Source of the DNA: an uncultured Ignavibacteriaceae bacterium
GTDB taxonomy: Bacteria; Bacteroidota; Ignavibacteria; Ignavibacteriales; Ignavibacteriaceae
Direction of reading: 5' to 3'
DNA: 42,861 bases
Assembly (NCBI GenBank): GCA_964600655.1
Contig: CAZRMA010000001.1
Span: 1 to 42,861 of the forward strand
Made by a program: the position numbers and the translations under genes
Shown here: in pieces, positions 1 to 9,319 of the stretch
How the letters are laid out: each line of letters begins with the position of its first letter
How positions within the stretch are numbered: position 1 is the first letter of the stretch
The notes under the pieces: generated by a model
What the model was told of the DNA's origin: nothing
The model's database searches: none
Seen by the model: only the letters and a program-made list of their open reading frames with translations

Positions 1-2379
1 TGTTAAGAACCCGTTATCATTTCCTGTAATAGTTTTATAATCTGCCAGTTGATAACCACTCACAAGTTCCTGTTGGGATTCTCTGTCCTGAAGAACATTA
101 AACATAAGATAAGCATTCAAACTTGAACCGGCATAAACTCCTATTGATCCTTTAAATTTATCAGAAGAGTAACCTGCATCTTCTAAGGCTTCCCAGGCAC
201 ATTCAAGAAATACACGGTGCTGTGGATCTGTTTGTTCAGCTTCACGAGGAGTATATCCAAAAAAAGGAGCATCAAATTTATCCGCATCTTTTAACACACC
301 TCTTGCCATAACAAAATTTAATTCTGGGTTCAAAGCACCTTTAGGTATAAATTCAAGTTCTTCTTTTGTAAAGAAAGAAATTGATTCTACTCCATTAGCT
401 ATGTTCTGCCAGAACTCCTCAGCTGTATTTGCGCCCGGATATTTACACGAAATTCCTATAATGGCAATGTCTGATCCGGATAAATTTCTGTCTTTAACAG
501 AATAAGTCTCACTTTTTACCGATGTTCCTTTTTTCTTACTAATAAATTTTGCAAGAGCCGAAATAGTCGGGTACTGGAAAAAATCTACAATTGAAAATTC
601 TTCGTTAAAAACCTGATTAACTTTTATTTGCTGTCTGGCCATCAGAATGGAGTTCCCACCCAGATCAAAGAAGTTTTCATTTAATCCAATATCTTCAATT
701 CCTAAAAGTTCTTTCCAAATGTTCATCAGATTATTTTCAATATCATCTGATGATGATTCAATTTTAGAATTAATTCTTACGTGGGGTCTTTCACCTTGTT
801 TGGGTATAGGTAATGCTTTGCGATCCGCTTTGCCATTAGATGTTAACGGTATTTTTTCGAGTCTTACGAAATGATTTGGAATCATATATTCAGGCAGATA
901 CTGGATCAACCTGGTTTTTAATTTCTCAATATCAATTTCTTCATCGCTAACGGTATATGCTATAATGCTTACAACATCTTCGGAATATTTGTGGACGATA
1001 ACCAGACAATCTTTTATACCCTCATAGTCTCTGATTGTATTTTCAATTTCTCCAAGTTCAATACGAAATCCTCTTATTTTTACCTGGTGATCCAAACGTC
1101 CTAAATATTCAATATTACCATCGGGAAGCCACTTTGCTAGGTCGCCGGTTTTATACATTCTTTCTGAAGAATTGACAATATTTTCTACAAATTTTTCTTT
1201 TGTCAATTCCGGATTATTAAGATAACCTCTTGCCAGTCCCACACCTGCTATACAGAGTTCCCCTTCTTCGCCAATATCAGCAAGTTTATTATCTTTTATT
1301 ACAAAAAGCTGAATATTATCAATTGGTTTTCCAATTGGAATTTTATCAAAATCATTGTGAACGGAGCATTCAAAAAAACTAACATCAACAGTAGCTTCTG
1401 TCGGACCATAGAGATTAATTAATTTTGTTTTATTAATCGTTCCTAATAATGTATTAAACCTTTTGACATGTGAAGGACTTAGAGCTTCTCCACTGGCAAA
1501 AATATATTTGAGCGAAATTAATTTTTCAATGTCTTTTTCAGTTTTACTCTCAGCATAGTCTAAAAATAAATTCATCATGGACGGCACAAAATGCATTACA
1601 GTAATTTTATTTTTTCTAATACTTTCTGCTATTACAAAAGCATTTTTTTCACCACCTGGTTCTAGGAAACACATCTTTGAACCAACAAATGACCACCAAA
1701 ATAATTCCCAAACAGAAACGTCAAATGAATAAGGTGTTTTTTGCAGAATAATATCGTTAGAATTTATAGGATAAAGTTTCTGCATCCAGAATAATCTGTT
1801 AACAACTGATCTATGTTCTATCATTACCCCTTTTGGCTTACCGGTTGAACCAGAAGTATAAATAATATAAGCTAAATCTTTTGAAGAACTAATTATTGGT
1901 AAATTTTTAGAAGCACCTTTATAAACCGAACCGTTATTTAAATCTATAGATTCAACTGAATTAGCAATTTTATTTTTATATTTATTCTGAACTAATACTA
2001 TTTCAGCGCCACTATTAGAGAGAATATATTGAATCCTTTCGGAAGGAGTTTCGGGCACTATCGGTAAATATGCTCCACCGGCCTTTATTATTCCCCAAAT
2101 GCCAATTATCATTTCAAAAGATCTGTCGACAAGAATTCCGACAATTTTATTAGGACCAACACCTTTGTCACGAAGATGATTTGCTAATTTGTTAGCCTCT
2201 TGATTGAGTTCGCCATAAGTTAAGAAAGTTTTTCCATTAAATGATTTTCCGTGTTCACAAATTACTGCGATTTCTGAGGTGTGTTTTTTTGCCCTCTCCT
2301 CAAACAATTCCTGTAGAGTTATTTCTTTAGGGAAATCAACTGCAGTATCATTAAATTTTGAGATTTTTTTAGAGTGCAT
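1..2379 (-). CDS. Hybrid NRPS-PKS, 5' part (adenylation - thiolation - start of ketosynthase); gene continues past the left edge of the window
   Basis: Absent from the ORF track because it has no stop in the window. My reverse-strand translation from the ATG at 2379 is open to base 1, and the frame is flush with base 1. It begins MHSKKISKFNDTAVDFPKEITLQELFEERAKKH and then reads LTYGELNQEANKLANHLRDKGVG. Adenylation core motifs: AYIIYTSGSTGKPKGV (about 1830-1862), NLYGPTEATV, YKTGDLAKWLPDGNIEYLGRLDHQVKIRGFRIELGEIE and NGKADRKAL (about 815-840). Carrier-domain motif FFDLGGNSIL (Ser codon 649-651). KS N-terminus DIAIIGISCKYPGA...DPQHRVFLECAWEALEDAG from about 471 downward. The KS active-site Cys lies outside the window. 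Confidence 0.9.
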   Translation of the reverse strand, partial: MHSKKISKFNDTAVDFPKEITLQELFEERAKKHTSEIAVICEHGKSFNGKTFLTYGELNQEANKLANHLRDKGVGPNKIVGILVDRSFEMIIGIWGIIKAGGAYLPIVPETPSERIQYILSNSGAEIVLVQNKYKNKIANSVESIDLNNGSVYKGASKNLPIISSSKDLAYIIYTSGSTGKPKGVMIEHRSVVNRLFWMQKLYPINSNDIILQKTPYSFDVSVWELFWWSFVGSKMCFLEPGGEKNAFVIAESIRKNKITVMHFVPSMMNLFLDYAESKTEKDIEKLISLKYIFASGEALSPSHVKRFNTLLGTINKTKLINLYGPTEATVDVSFFECSVHNDFDKIPIGKPIDNIQLFVIKDNKLADIGEEGELCIAGVGLARGYLNNPELTKEKFVENIVNSSERMYKTGDLAKWLPDGNIEYLGRLDHQVKIRGFRIELGEIENTIRDYEGIKDCLVIVHKYSEDVVSIIAYTVSDEEIDIEKLKTRLIQYLPEYMIPNHFVRLEKIPLTSNGKADRKALPIPKQGERPHVRINSKIESSSDDIENNLMNIWKELLGIEDIGLNENFFDLGGNSILMARQQIKVNQVFNEEFSIVDFFQYPTISALAKFISKKKGTSVKSETYSVKDRNLSGSDIAIIGISCKYPGANTAEEFWQNIANGVESISFFTKEELEFIPKGALNPELNFVMARGVLKDADKFDAPFFGYTPREAEQTDPQHRVFLECAWEALEDAGYSSDKFKGSIGVYAGSSLNAYLMFNVLQDRESQQELVSGYQLADYKTITGNDNGFLT

Positions 2380-2448
2380 GTATTTTATAATTTAATTTAA
2401 AAATCTTTACTTTATTTTAGTTTAGTTTAAAATTATTATTTGTTTCAT

Positions 2449-3204
2449 TTAATTAATCAGCTCATTGAAGGTTAACTGTGGGAAAATCTTAACGTTCTTT
2501 TCGCCTTCATATACTACAGAGGAAACAAAACCAGATTTACTCGGAAAAGTATTAACCTTATAATTGACATTTGAATATTCTTTTGAATAAATTTTTCTAA
2601 TCTTTATCTGATTCCCGGATTCATTAGTAAGCTCAAGATTTATTGTTGGATAAGAAAATCCTTCCCCTATAGCTTTAATGAAAGCTTCTTTAATGGTCCA
2701 TATTTTGTAAAAGGCTTCTAATTTAAATTCATTATTAAGATTATCATACCATTCTTTTTCAAAGTTTGTAAAGCAAATTTCCTTTATTCCGTCAATTTCA
2801 ATGTATTCTTTAACTTTTTCTATATCTACTCCCAAATCATCATTTAGGGTAAATGCAAATATTCCAACATTTTCAGAGTGAGAGATATTAAATTTTACAG
2901 AATTAGCGACTTTATCACAAGCTATATATGGCTTTCCATAATTATTATAAATAAAATTTATTTCTTTTACGTTTTTTTCTAAATATAGTGAAAGAAGTTT
3001 CTTTAAAATAGCCTTTGACATCACCTGTCTATTCTTCAACAGTTGAGTGTTATACTTATTAATTCTGTTTTTTTCTTCAGAACTAAGAAATGAATGGCAA
3101 TTATCAACAATATTTTGGGGTTGATCTAAATTAGACCACCAAACATGAATGGATTTTTCATTCAAATTGAGATTATTCACCTTATACCTACATCTTCTAT
3201 TCAA
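2449..3204 (-). CDS. Sfp-type 4'-phosphopantetheinyl transferase
   Basis: 251 aa ORF with the PPTase motifs LGVDIEKV (G-x-D-I/V-E) and WTIKEAFIKAIGEG (W-x-x-KEA-x-x-K). It sits immediately upstream of, and on the same strand as, the NRPS-PKS gene. The track start at 3204 is a TTG codon; a GTG about 24 nt downstream is an alternative, so the 5' end is uncertain. Confidence 0.85.
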   Translation of the reverse strand: MNRRCRYKVNNLNLNEKSIHVWWSNLDQPQNIVDNCHSFLSSEEKNRINKYNTQLLKNRQVMSKAILKKLLSLYLEKNVKEINFIYNNYGKPYIACDKVANSVKFNISHSENVGIFAFTLNDDLGVDIEKVKEYIEIDGIKEICFTNFEKEWYDNLNNEFKLEAFYKIWTIKEAFIKAIGEGFSYPTINLELTNESGNQIKIRKIYSKEYSNVNYKVNTFPSKSGFVSSVVYEGEKNVKIFPQLTFNELIN

Positions 3205-3840
3205 ATATTGAATTAATTTGAAACACTTTTATTATAGTAATGCATTATAACTAAGTAGTATAAATTTTGCATTTTAGCGTATAATTTTTAAACTCCAGCT
3301 ATTTTATTGAAAATATTAAGTTATTAGAATGTTTTATTTTAATAATAATTTATGAAAATCTAATAAAATGAATGATTCATCCAATTTCGGGATAAGAAGA
3401 TCAATTACTATGCCATGTATCTTATTCTATAATATAACTTTTCCTTTGTTTATATTATTAACCATTGCAAGAAATTCCATTAGCATTACTTTTAATTCTT
3501 CAGAATATTCAAAATTTTACCAATACCTATAAAATATCCTTAATATATAGTTTAGCAATCAATTACCTAAATAGGAAATATTATTTTTAAATAAGCTAAA
3601 AACTGTACCTGCCTTACAACTAAATTATGCATTCTATTCCACTACATTTTAGGATTTTAACTCTCTCTAAATTACAATAAAAGCAAATTTTGTACAATTT
3701 TAGGACAATGGAAGCCCTTTTTATCATTTAGGATCAATAGCTATTATCTAAAATCCCTTCAGGTTAGCAAATTCTAATCATTAAATGGTATATTTATTGA
3801 TAACAAATTACTAATCCTTTTACTAAAAAAAGAAAAGTCA

Positions 3841-4554
3841 ATGACAGATTTTGAAATAAAGGTCTTAAATGATAAAACGATTGAGATAGTTTCTCAAGGA
3901 ATTATAAATGAAGCGGCAAAATGGGGATTCACCAAATCAGATTATATTAAATTAATTAATGCCATTTTAGATCTCTCATTAACGAATACTCCTATTACTG
4001 GTTTGCTGAAAAATTCAATATGCCATAAGCATACTGGAAACAAATTAGAATTTCCTTTAACAGGAGAAAATATACAAATTAGAGTATTTGACAAAGATAC
4101 TGACTATAAATTGGTCAAAAATTGGCTGGAAGATAGCTTTGGCCGTTGGTTTCTTCTCTCACGTCCATCTATAAAAGAGAATACGCTAAGCAGATTAATT
4201 AAAGATAAAAAAAATATCTTAGGCATTATAACATTACACGATTCAACTCCGATAGGATTAATGGGATTTTTGGATTATGATAAAGAAAATAGCAAAGCAG
4301 AATTAAGAAAATTAATAGGTGAAAAGAGTTACAGAGAAAAGGGATATGCAAAAGAATCAACTATGTTATGGATACAACATGGCATTAATAATCTTGGTTT
4401 AAAAAAAATATATCTAAACACAGTGGAAAATAATATTAGGAATGTAACTCTAAATATGGAAATTGGTTTCCAAATTGAAGGGGTATTGCGCAAGGAATGT
4501 CTTATTGACGATGAATATTATGATTTATTAAGAATGGGGTTAATTGTTGATTGA
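3841..4554 (+). CDS. GNAT-family N-acetyltransferase with an N-terminal extension of about 100 aa
   Basis: 237 aa. The C-terminal half has a RimJ/RimL-like GNAT pattern (...AELRKLIGEKSYREKGYAKESTMLWIQHGINNLGLKKIYLNTVENNIRNVTLNMEIGFQIEGVLRKE...). I do not recognise the N-terminal part. Confidence 0.6.
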   Translation: MTDFEIKVLNDKTIEIVSQGIINEAAKWGFTKSDYIKLINAILDLSLTNTPITGLLKNSICHKHTGNKLEFPLTGENIQIRVFDKDTDYKLVKNWLEDSFGRWFLLSRPSIKENTLSRLIKDKKNILGIITLHDSTPIGLMGFLDYDKENSKAELRKLIGEKSYREKGYAKESTMLWIQHGINNLGLKKIYLNTVENNIRNVTLNMEIGFQIEGVLRKECLIDDEYYDLLRMGLIVD

Positions 4555-4885
4555 TTAAAGTATTTAGCAATGCTATTAGCAATCTTCGTAAACCAATGTA
4601 AATTGTTATTTCATTTAGATATTATTAACAGATTTTAATAAATAAAAAATTAAGATTGAGAATTCATCTGATACTTTTTAATTTAAAATAAATAAATATT
4701 CCCTTTGAGTACTTGGATCTTGCTTTTGTAATTTCTCCGTCCTTCATAAATTAATAATAACTTAAACCTACCTGCCAGTTATATTAAGAAGATTATAACT
4801 CTCAATATAATTTATATTTTAACCGGATAGCCTAGTTAGGACAAATAGACTTTTTTAATTGAGCATATCCATTTAACTTAAAGAT

Positions 4886-5933
4886 ATTAAAATTGGGATA
4901 GTCTTTATGTTACTCGTTTGAAAGCCTTATTGGCTTTTTTGACTTACTTGCTAATCTATCTTTTTTTCTTATTTCACGGGAATACATTATTATGCATAAA
5001 TACTTCTTCTGCTACTTATGCTTGTTTATTTACTTTATCTTTCCACCTGCCTTAACCTTCTCCCAGACTAACTGGTATGTTGATAATAATGCCAGCGGTT
5101 CAAATAACGGAACTAACTGGACTAATGCCTGGAAAAGTCTTAACAATATTAATTGGAACTCTATCTCGGGGGGAGATACAATCTTTATCTCCGGTGGTAC
5201 TGACTCAACTGTTTATAATGAAACTCTGATCATAGACCAGTCTGGAAATTCAGCAGACCGGATTGTTATCACAAAAGGACTATCCACGGGGCATAATGGC
5301 AAGGTTGTTATTGATGGACAAAATTCAAGGGATTATTGTGTCGATTTTAATTATTCGCAATATATAACTCTAAGTTACATTAAATGTGCAAATGCAGCTA
5401 CTACTGAAATCCGAATGAGAGCTTCAAATTGTACGATCTCTCATTGTGAAATTTATCACACTGAAGGAATAATGTCTCTTGATATGTATGATGGTTCTAA
5501 TAACATTATTGAATATGTTACGGCAGATGAATCACCTACCCCAGTAGCAGGTTCATTTGGTGGTAATGGTGATTTTATGCAGTGTTCAGGAGGTGGTAAT
5601 AATGTATTCAGATATAATAACATAACATTGAGAGATGAGGTTACTGGTGATCATACTGATGCACTTCAGTTCTATTTTTCTAATAATCCTAATGAGACTC
5701 CAATTAATGGGGGAACCTGGGAAATCTATGGAAATATTATTCGTCACACCGATACAAAAATCTATAATGCTCAGGGAATTTACATAGAAGGCCTGGATCG
5801 TGGAATTCTGGACAACACAAACTGGTACATTTATGACAACCTGATTATTTTACCTTATGCATTTGATGGGATAGCAATAAGGAATAACAATCTTAAAGCA
5901 TATATATATAATAATACCATTTATCAGGGTAGT
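4886..5933 (+). repeat. Direct repeat copy 1 (about 1048 bp): 106 nt leader plus the first 314 codons of a beta-helix gene
   Basis: Offset of exactly 1711 nt to copy 2. The encoded 314 aa are identical, and spot-checked nucleotide lines are identical. One mismatch was seen near the 5' end (gggata vs ggaata). Identity stops abruptly after ...cagggtagt (5933). Confidence 0.85.
4921..4940 (+). promoter_or_regulatory. Terminator-like hairpin plus T-run inside the duplicated 5' leader (copy 1)
   Basis: aaagcc-ttatt-ggcttt followed by tttt, about 50 nt upstream of the ATG at 4992. It could be an attenuator or a leftover terminator. Confidence 0.35.
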
Positions 5934-6371
5934 GGCGCTGCCAGTGCTGGGTTCTGGATTTATTCCAAATTTTCATCTTCTATTGATAGTGTCATAGTAA
6001 AAAACAATGTTTTTTACTCTGCAAGCAAAAAACTACACCCGATTAATATTGGCATAAAATTAAATGCTGGAAGTGACATTAGCAATAATTTAATATTCTC
6101 TCCTAAGGATTCTCCAATAAAGTATCTGAATAACGAACTATCCTTGTCATTATGGAATTCCCTATCATTCGTTGGGACAGATTTTTCAGGTGATCCTTTA
6201 TTTAATAATATTTCTACCTATGATTTTACCTTGCATCCAAATTCGCCGGCTATTAATACTGGAGTTAATTTAGGTAGTCAATTTAATTTGGATATTCTAG
6301 GCAGACAAAGACGTCAAACTGGCAATTGGGATATTGGGTGCTATTTATGGACTATGAACAAACATGAATAG
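4992..6371 (+). CDS. Secreted right-handed parallel beta-helix protein (pectate-lyase-fold, choice-of-anchor-Q-like C-terminus), no T9SS tail
   Basis: 459 aa. Signal-peptide-like N-terminus MHKYFFCYLCLFIYFIFPPALTFSQ. Repetitive N/G/I-rich beta-helix turns (NNIIEY, NNVFRYNNI, IYGNII, IYDNLII, IYNNTIY, VKNNVFY, SNNLIFS). The C-terminus GDPLFNN..DFTLHPNSPAINTG....D..G..R......WDIGCY is typical of this family. Confidence 0.7.
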   Translation: MHKYFFCYLCLFIYFIFPPALTFSQTNWYVDNNASGSNNGTNWTNAWKSLNNINWNSISGGDTIFISGGTDSTVYNETLIIDQSGNSADRIVITKGLSTGHNGKVVIDGQNSRDYCVDFNYSQYITLSYIKCANAATTEIRMRASNCTISHCEIYHTEGIMSLDMYDGSNNIIEYVTADESPTPVAGSFGGNGDFMQCSGGGNNVFRYNNITLRDEVTGDHTDALQFYFSNNPNETPINGGTWEIYGNIIRHTDTKIYNAQGIYIEGLDRGILDNTNWYIYDNLIILPYAFDGIAIRNNNLKAYIYNNTIYQGSGAASAGFWIYSKFSSSIDSVIVKNNVFYSASKKLHPINIGIKLNAGSDISNNLIFSPKDSPIKYLNNELSLSLWNSLSFVGTDFSGDPLFNNISTYDFTLHPNSPAINTGVNLGSQFNLDILGRQRRQTGNWDIGCYLWTMNKHE

Positions 6372-6596
6372 TCTAAAAATTGGACTCTTTAAAAACTACC
6401 TTGTTATTAAAATTGAATTAGAATAAACTGATAGAATCAAATAAGAAATTAAACTGAAAAATTTATTCTGCCATGAACATTATTCATATAAAACAGCAAG
6501 TTTTTCATATAAGCATCCTTTCATCTCTAATAAAATTTTCATTTTAAATTACTTAATTATCCTTTATAAGCTCGGACAGGCCTTTAGCTTAATGGC

Positions 6597-7644
6597 ATTA
6601 AAATTGGAATAGTCTTTATGTTACTCGTTTGAAAGCCTTATTGGCTTTTTTGACTTACTTGCTAATCTATCTTTTTTTCTTATTTCACGGGAATACATTA
6701 TTATGCATAAATACTTCTTCTGCTACTTATGCTTGTTTATTTACTTTATCTTTCCACCTGCCTTAACCTTCTCCCAGACTAACTGGTATGTTGATAATAA
6801 TGCCAGCGGTTCAAATAACGGAACTAACTGGACTAATGCCTGGAAAAGTCTTAACAATATTAATTGGAACTCTATCTCGGGGGGAGATACAATCTTTATC
6901 TCCGGTGGTACTGACTCAACTGTTTATAATGAAACTCTGATCATAGACCAGTCTGGAAATTCAGCAGACCGGATTGTTATCACAAAAGGACTATCCACGG
7001 GGCATAATGGCAAGGTTGTTATTGATGGACAAAATTCAAGGGATTATTGTGTCGATTTTAATTATTCGCAATATATAACTCTAAGTTACATTAAATGTGC
7101 AAATGCAGCTACTACTGAAATCCGAATGAGAGCTTCAAATTGTACGATCTCTCATTGTGAAATTTATCACACTGAAGGAATAATGTCTCTTGATATGTAT
7201 GATGGTTCTAATAACATTATTGAATATGTTACGGCAGATGAATCACCTACCCCAGTAGCAGGTTCATTTGGTGGTAATGGTGATTTTATGCAGTGTTCAG
7301 GAGGTGGTAATAATGTATTCAGATATAATAACATAACATTGAGAGATGAGGTTACTGGTGATCATACTGATGCACTTCAGTTCTATTTTTCTAATAATCC
7401 TAATGAGACTCCAATTAATGGGGGAACCTGGGAAATCTATGGAAATATTATTCGTCACACCGATACAAAAATCTATAATGCTCAGGGAATTTACATAGAA
7501 GGCCTGGATCGTGGAATTCTGGACAACACAAACTGGTACATTTATGACAACCTGATTATTTTACCTTATGCATTTGATGGGATAGCAATAAGGAATAACA
7601 ATCTTAAAGCATATATATATAATAATACCATTTATCAGGGTAGT
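6597..7644 (+). repeat. Direct repeat copy 2 (about 1048 bp)
   Basis: See copy 1. It covers the leader plus codons 1-314 of the ORF at 6703..8367. Confidence 0.85.
6632..6651 (+). promoter_or_regulatory. Terminator-like hairpin plus T-run inside the duplicated 5' leader (copy 2)
   Basis: Same aaagccttattggctttttt element as at 4921-4940, shifted by 1711 nt. It is also positioned 261 nt after the stop of the first paralog. Confidence 0.35.
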
Positions 7645-8367
7645 AATATCGGCAGTCCAGGCTTTTACATATCAAACGATAGATTTACTAATTCAAGGAA
7701 CAATATTATAGTAAAAAATAATATTTTTTATTCAACAAGCACAGGAATAGAACCATTCAGTATTACGGACACTTTATTTCCGGGATGTGAAATAGCTAAT
7801 AATTTAATATTCTCTGCTATGAGTACGCCTGTAAGCTATCTAACAAATGAAATTTCATTAACAACCTGGAATGCATACCCGTTTGTAGGAACCGATATAG
7901 GTGAAAATCCTTTATTCAATAATATATCTAACTTTGATTTTAGCTTACAACATGGTTCCCCTGCGATTGGTGCTGGTGTTAATCTTGGCAGCCCTTACAA
8001 CATTGATTTGCTTGGTAATCCAAGACCTCAAAACAGTAGTTGGGATATAGGGTGTTATCAATCCATGGATACAGCTGATCTTTTAACAACTAATAATACT
8101 ACGACTTCGTTCAAGTTGTTGCAGAATTATCCTAATCCATTTAATCCAAGTACAACAATCCAATATACTCTTGCTAAGGATTCTTTCGTAAATATTAAAG
8201 TTTATGATGCAATGGGGAAGGAAATAAAAACGCTTGTAAATCAATTTCAACCAACTGGTAGTTATAACACAAATTTTAATGCAACAGATTTGTCAAGCGG
8301 GATTTATTTCTACAGAATTATAGCAGGGAATTTTGAAAATACCAAGAAAATGATTTTTTTAAAATAA
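6703..8367 (+). CDS. Secreted right-handed beta-helix protein with a T9SS C-terminal sorting domain
   Basis: 554 aa. The first 314 aa are identical to 4992..6371, and the next ~130 aa are homologous but clearly diverged. The extra C-terminal tail FKLLQNYPNPFNPSTTIQYTL...VKVYDAMGKEIKTLVN...SGIYFYRIIAGNFENTKKMIFLK is a T9SS type-A CTD pattern. Confidence 0.75.
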   Translation: MHKYFFCYLCLFIYFIFPPALTFSQTNWYVDNNASGSNNGTNWTNAWKSLNNINWNSISGGDTIFISGGTDSTVYNETLIIDQSGNSADRIVITKGLSTGHNGKVVIDGQNSRDYCVDFNYSQYITLSYIKCANAATTEIRMRASNCTISHCEIYHTEGIMSLDMYDGSNNIIEYVTADESPTPVAGSFGGNGDFMQCSGGGNNVFRYNNITLRDEVTGDHTDALQFYFSNNPNETPINGGTWEIYGNIIRHTDTKIYNAQGIYIEGLDRGILDNTNWYIYDNLIILPYAFDGIAIRNNNLKAYIYNNTIYQGSNIGSPGFYISNDRFTNSRNNIIVKNNIFYSTSTGIEPFSITDTLFPGCEIANNLIFSAMSTPVSYLTNEISLTTWNAYPFVGTDIGENPLFNNISNFDFSLQHGSPAIGAGVNLGSPYNIDLLGNPRPQNSSWDIGCYQSMDTADLLTTNNTTTSFKLLQNYPNPFNPSTTIQYTLAKDSFVNIKVYDAMGKEIKTLVNQFQPTGSYNTNFNATDLSSGIYFYRIIAGNFENTKKMIFLK

Positions 8368-8416
8368 GTAATAAATTCTATAATAATAACCACATAATGT
8401 TAGTTCAAAACCAGGA

Positions 8417-9244
8417 TTAATTTTGCTTATTAAGGAAATCATATGTAATAAAATTTCTTTTAGGCAAATGTTTTTCGACTAATCTTTCTAAATTTTCTCC
8501 GTTTACATAATTTACGATTTCATCTTTCTCTCCAAGAACTGGATGAACCATAACCTCAATTGGTTTGTTCAACGAAAGTAATTTTTTATCCACGGTTTTT
8601 ATTTCACAAAAACGCGAAGTTTTGGCCAAACCTGAAAGAGCTAAGCTAATATTAACTAATTTTGAATGGATTCTTTTTTTTAAAGAGTATTTCCCCCAAG
8701 TGAAACTTATCCTTACGGCTGGTATCTTATTTTTTAAAGCAATTTCTTTTATAATAAGACTCGCGCCTATATCAAGATGGAAATGATGATGAGAATCTAT
8801 GTGCGTAGGTAAAAAATGCTTACTTTTAAATTTATTTACCTGGGCTTGAAGTTCTTCATAAATAATTTCTTTCTCTTCCCTTGAATATAAATAGCCTTTA
8901 AAAGACTTATACAATTCTCCTTTATCATTAACAAATTTTTTGTATTTCTTTATTTTTTCAGTGAGGGGTTTCCCCTCGGTCATATTTAGATGTATTCCAA
9001 CCCTATCTGTTATTTTGTTTTCAAATGCCAGCTCACAAGCTTCTTCAAATCCTGGCATATTGCACATTAAAGTAGTTGTTGAATGCAAATTCATTTCAAA
9101 AGATTTAAGAATTGAATGATTTAATAAAGATGAATATCCAAAGTCATCTGCGTTAACAACGATTTTAGCATTCACAATAAAATCATCAGTCATATTGCTT
9201 TTATTTAGTTTTATTTTTTCTAAAGTTGATTCTTCAATTTTCAA
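8417..9244 (-). CDS. YdjC/ChbG-family carbohydrate deacetylase
   Basis: 275 aa with the family hallmarks VNADDFGYS near the N-terminus and THIDSHHHFH. Confidence 0.8.
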   Translation of the reverse strand: MKIEESTLEKIKLNKSNMTDDFIVNAKIVVNADDFGYSSLLNHSILKSFEMNLHSTTTLMCNMPGFEEACELAFENKITDRVGIHLNMTEGKPLTEKIKKYKKFVNDKGELYKSFKGYLYSREEKEIIYEELQAQVNKFKSKHFLPTHIDSHHHFHLDIGASLIIKEIALKNKIPAVRISFTWGKYSLKKRIHSKLVNISLALSGLAKTSRFCEIKTVDKKLLSLNKPIEVMVHPVLGEKDEIVNYVNGENLERLVEKHLPKRNFITYDFLNKQN

Positions 9245-9319
9245 AAAAATTCTCCGTTTTTATTAACCCCAAAATTATATATTGTTACTAAGTATTATAT
9301 AATAATAAAGATTATTTTT

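Noticed and set aside
647-874. 75 aa plus-strand ORF in the track
   Set aside because: It lies antisense to the continuous NRPS-PKS reading frame, which shows textbook A10 and carrier-domain motifs across exactly this stretch. It is a shadow ORF.
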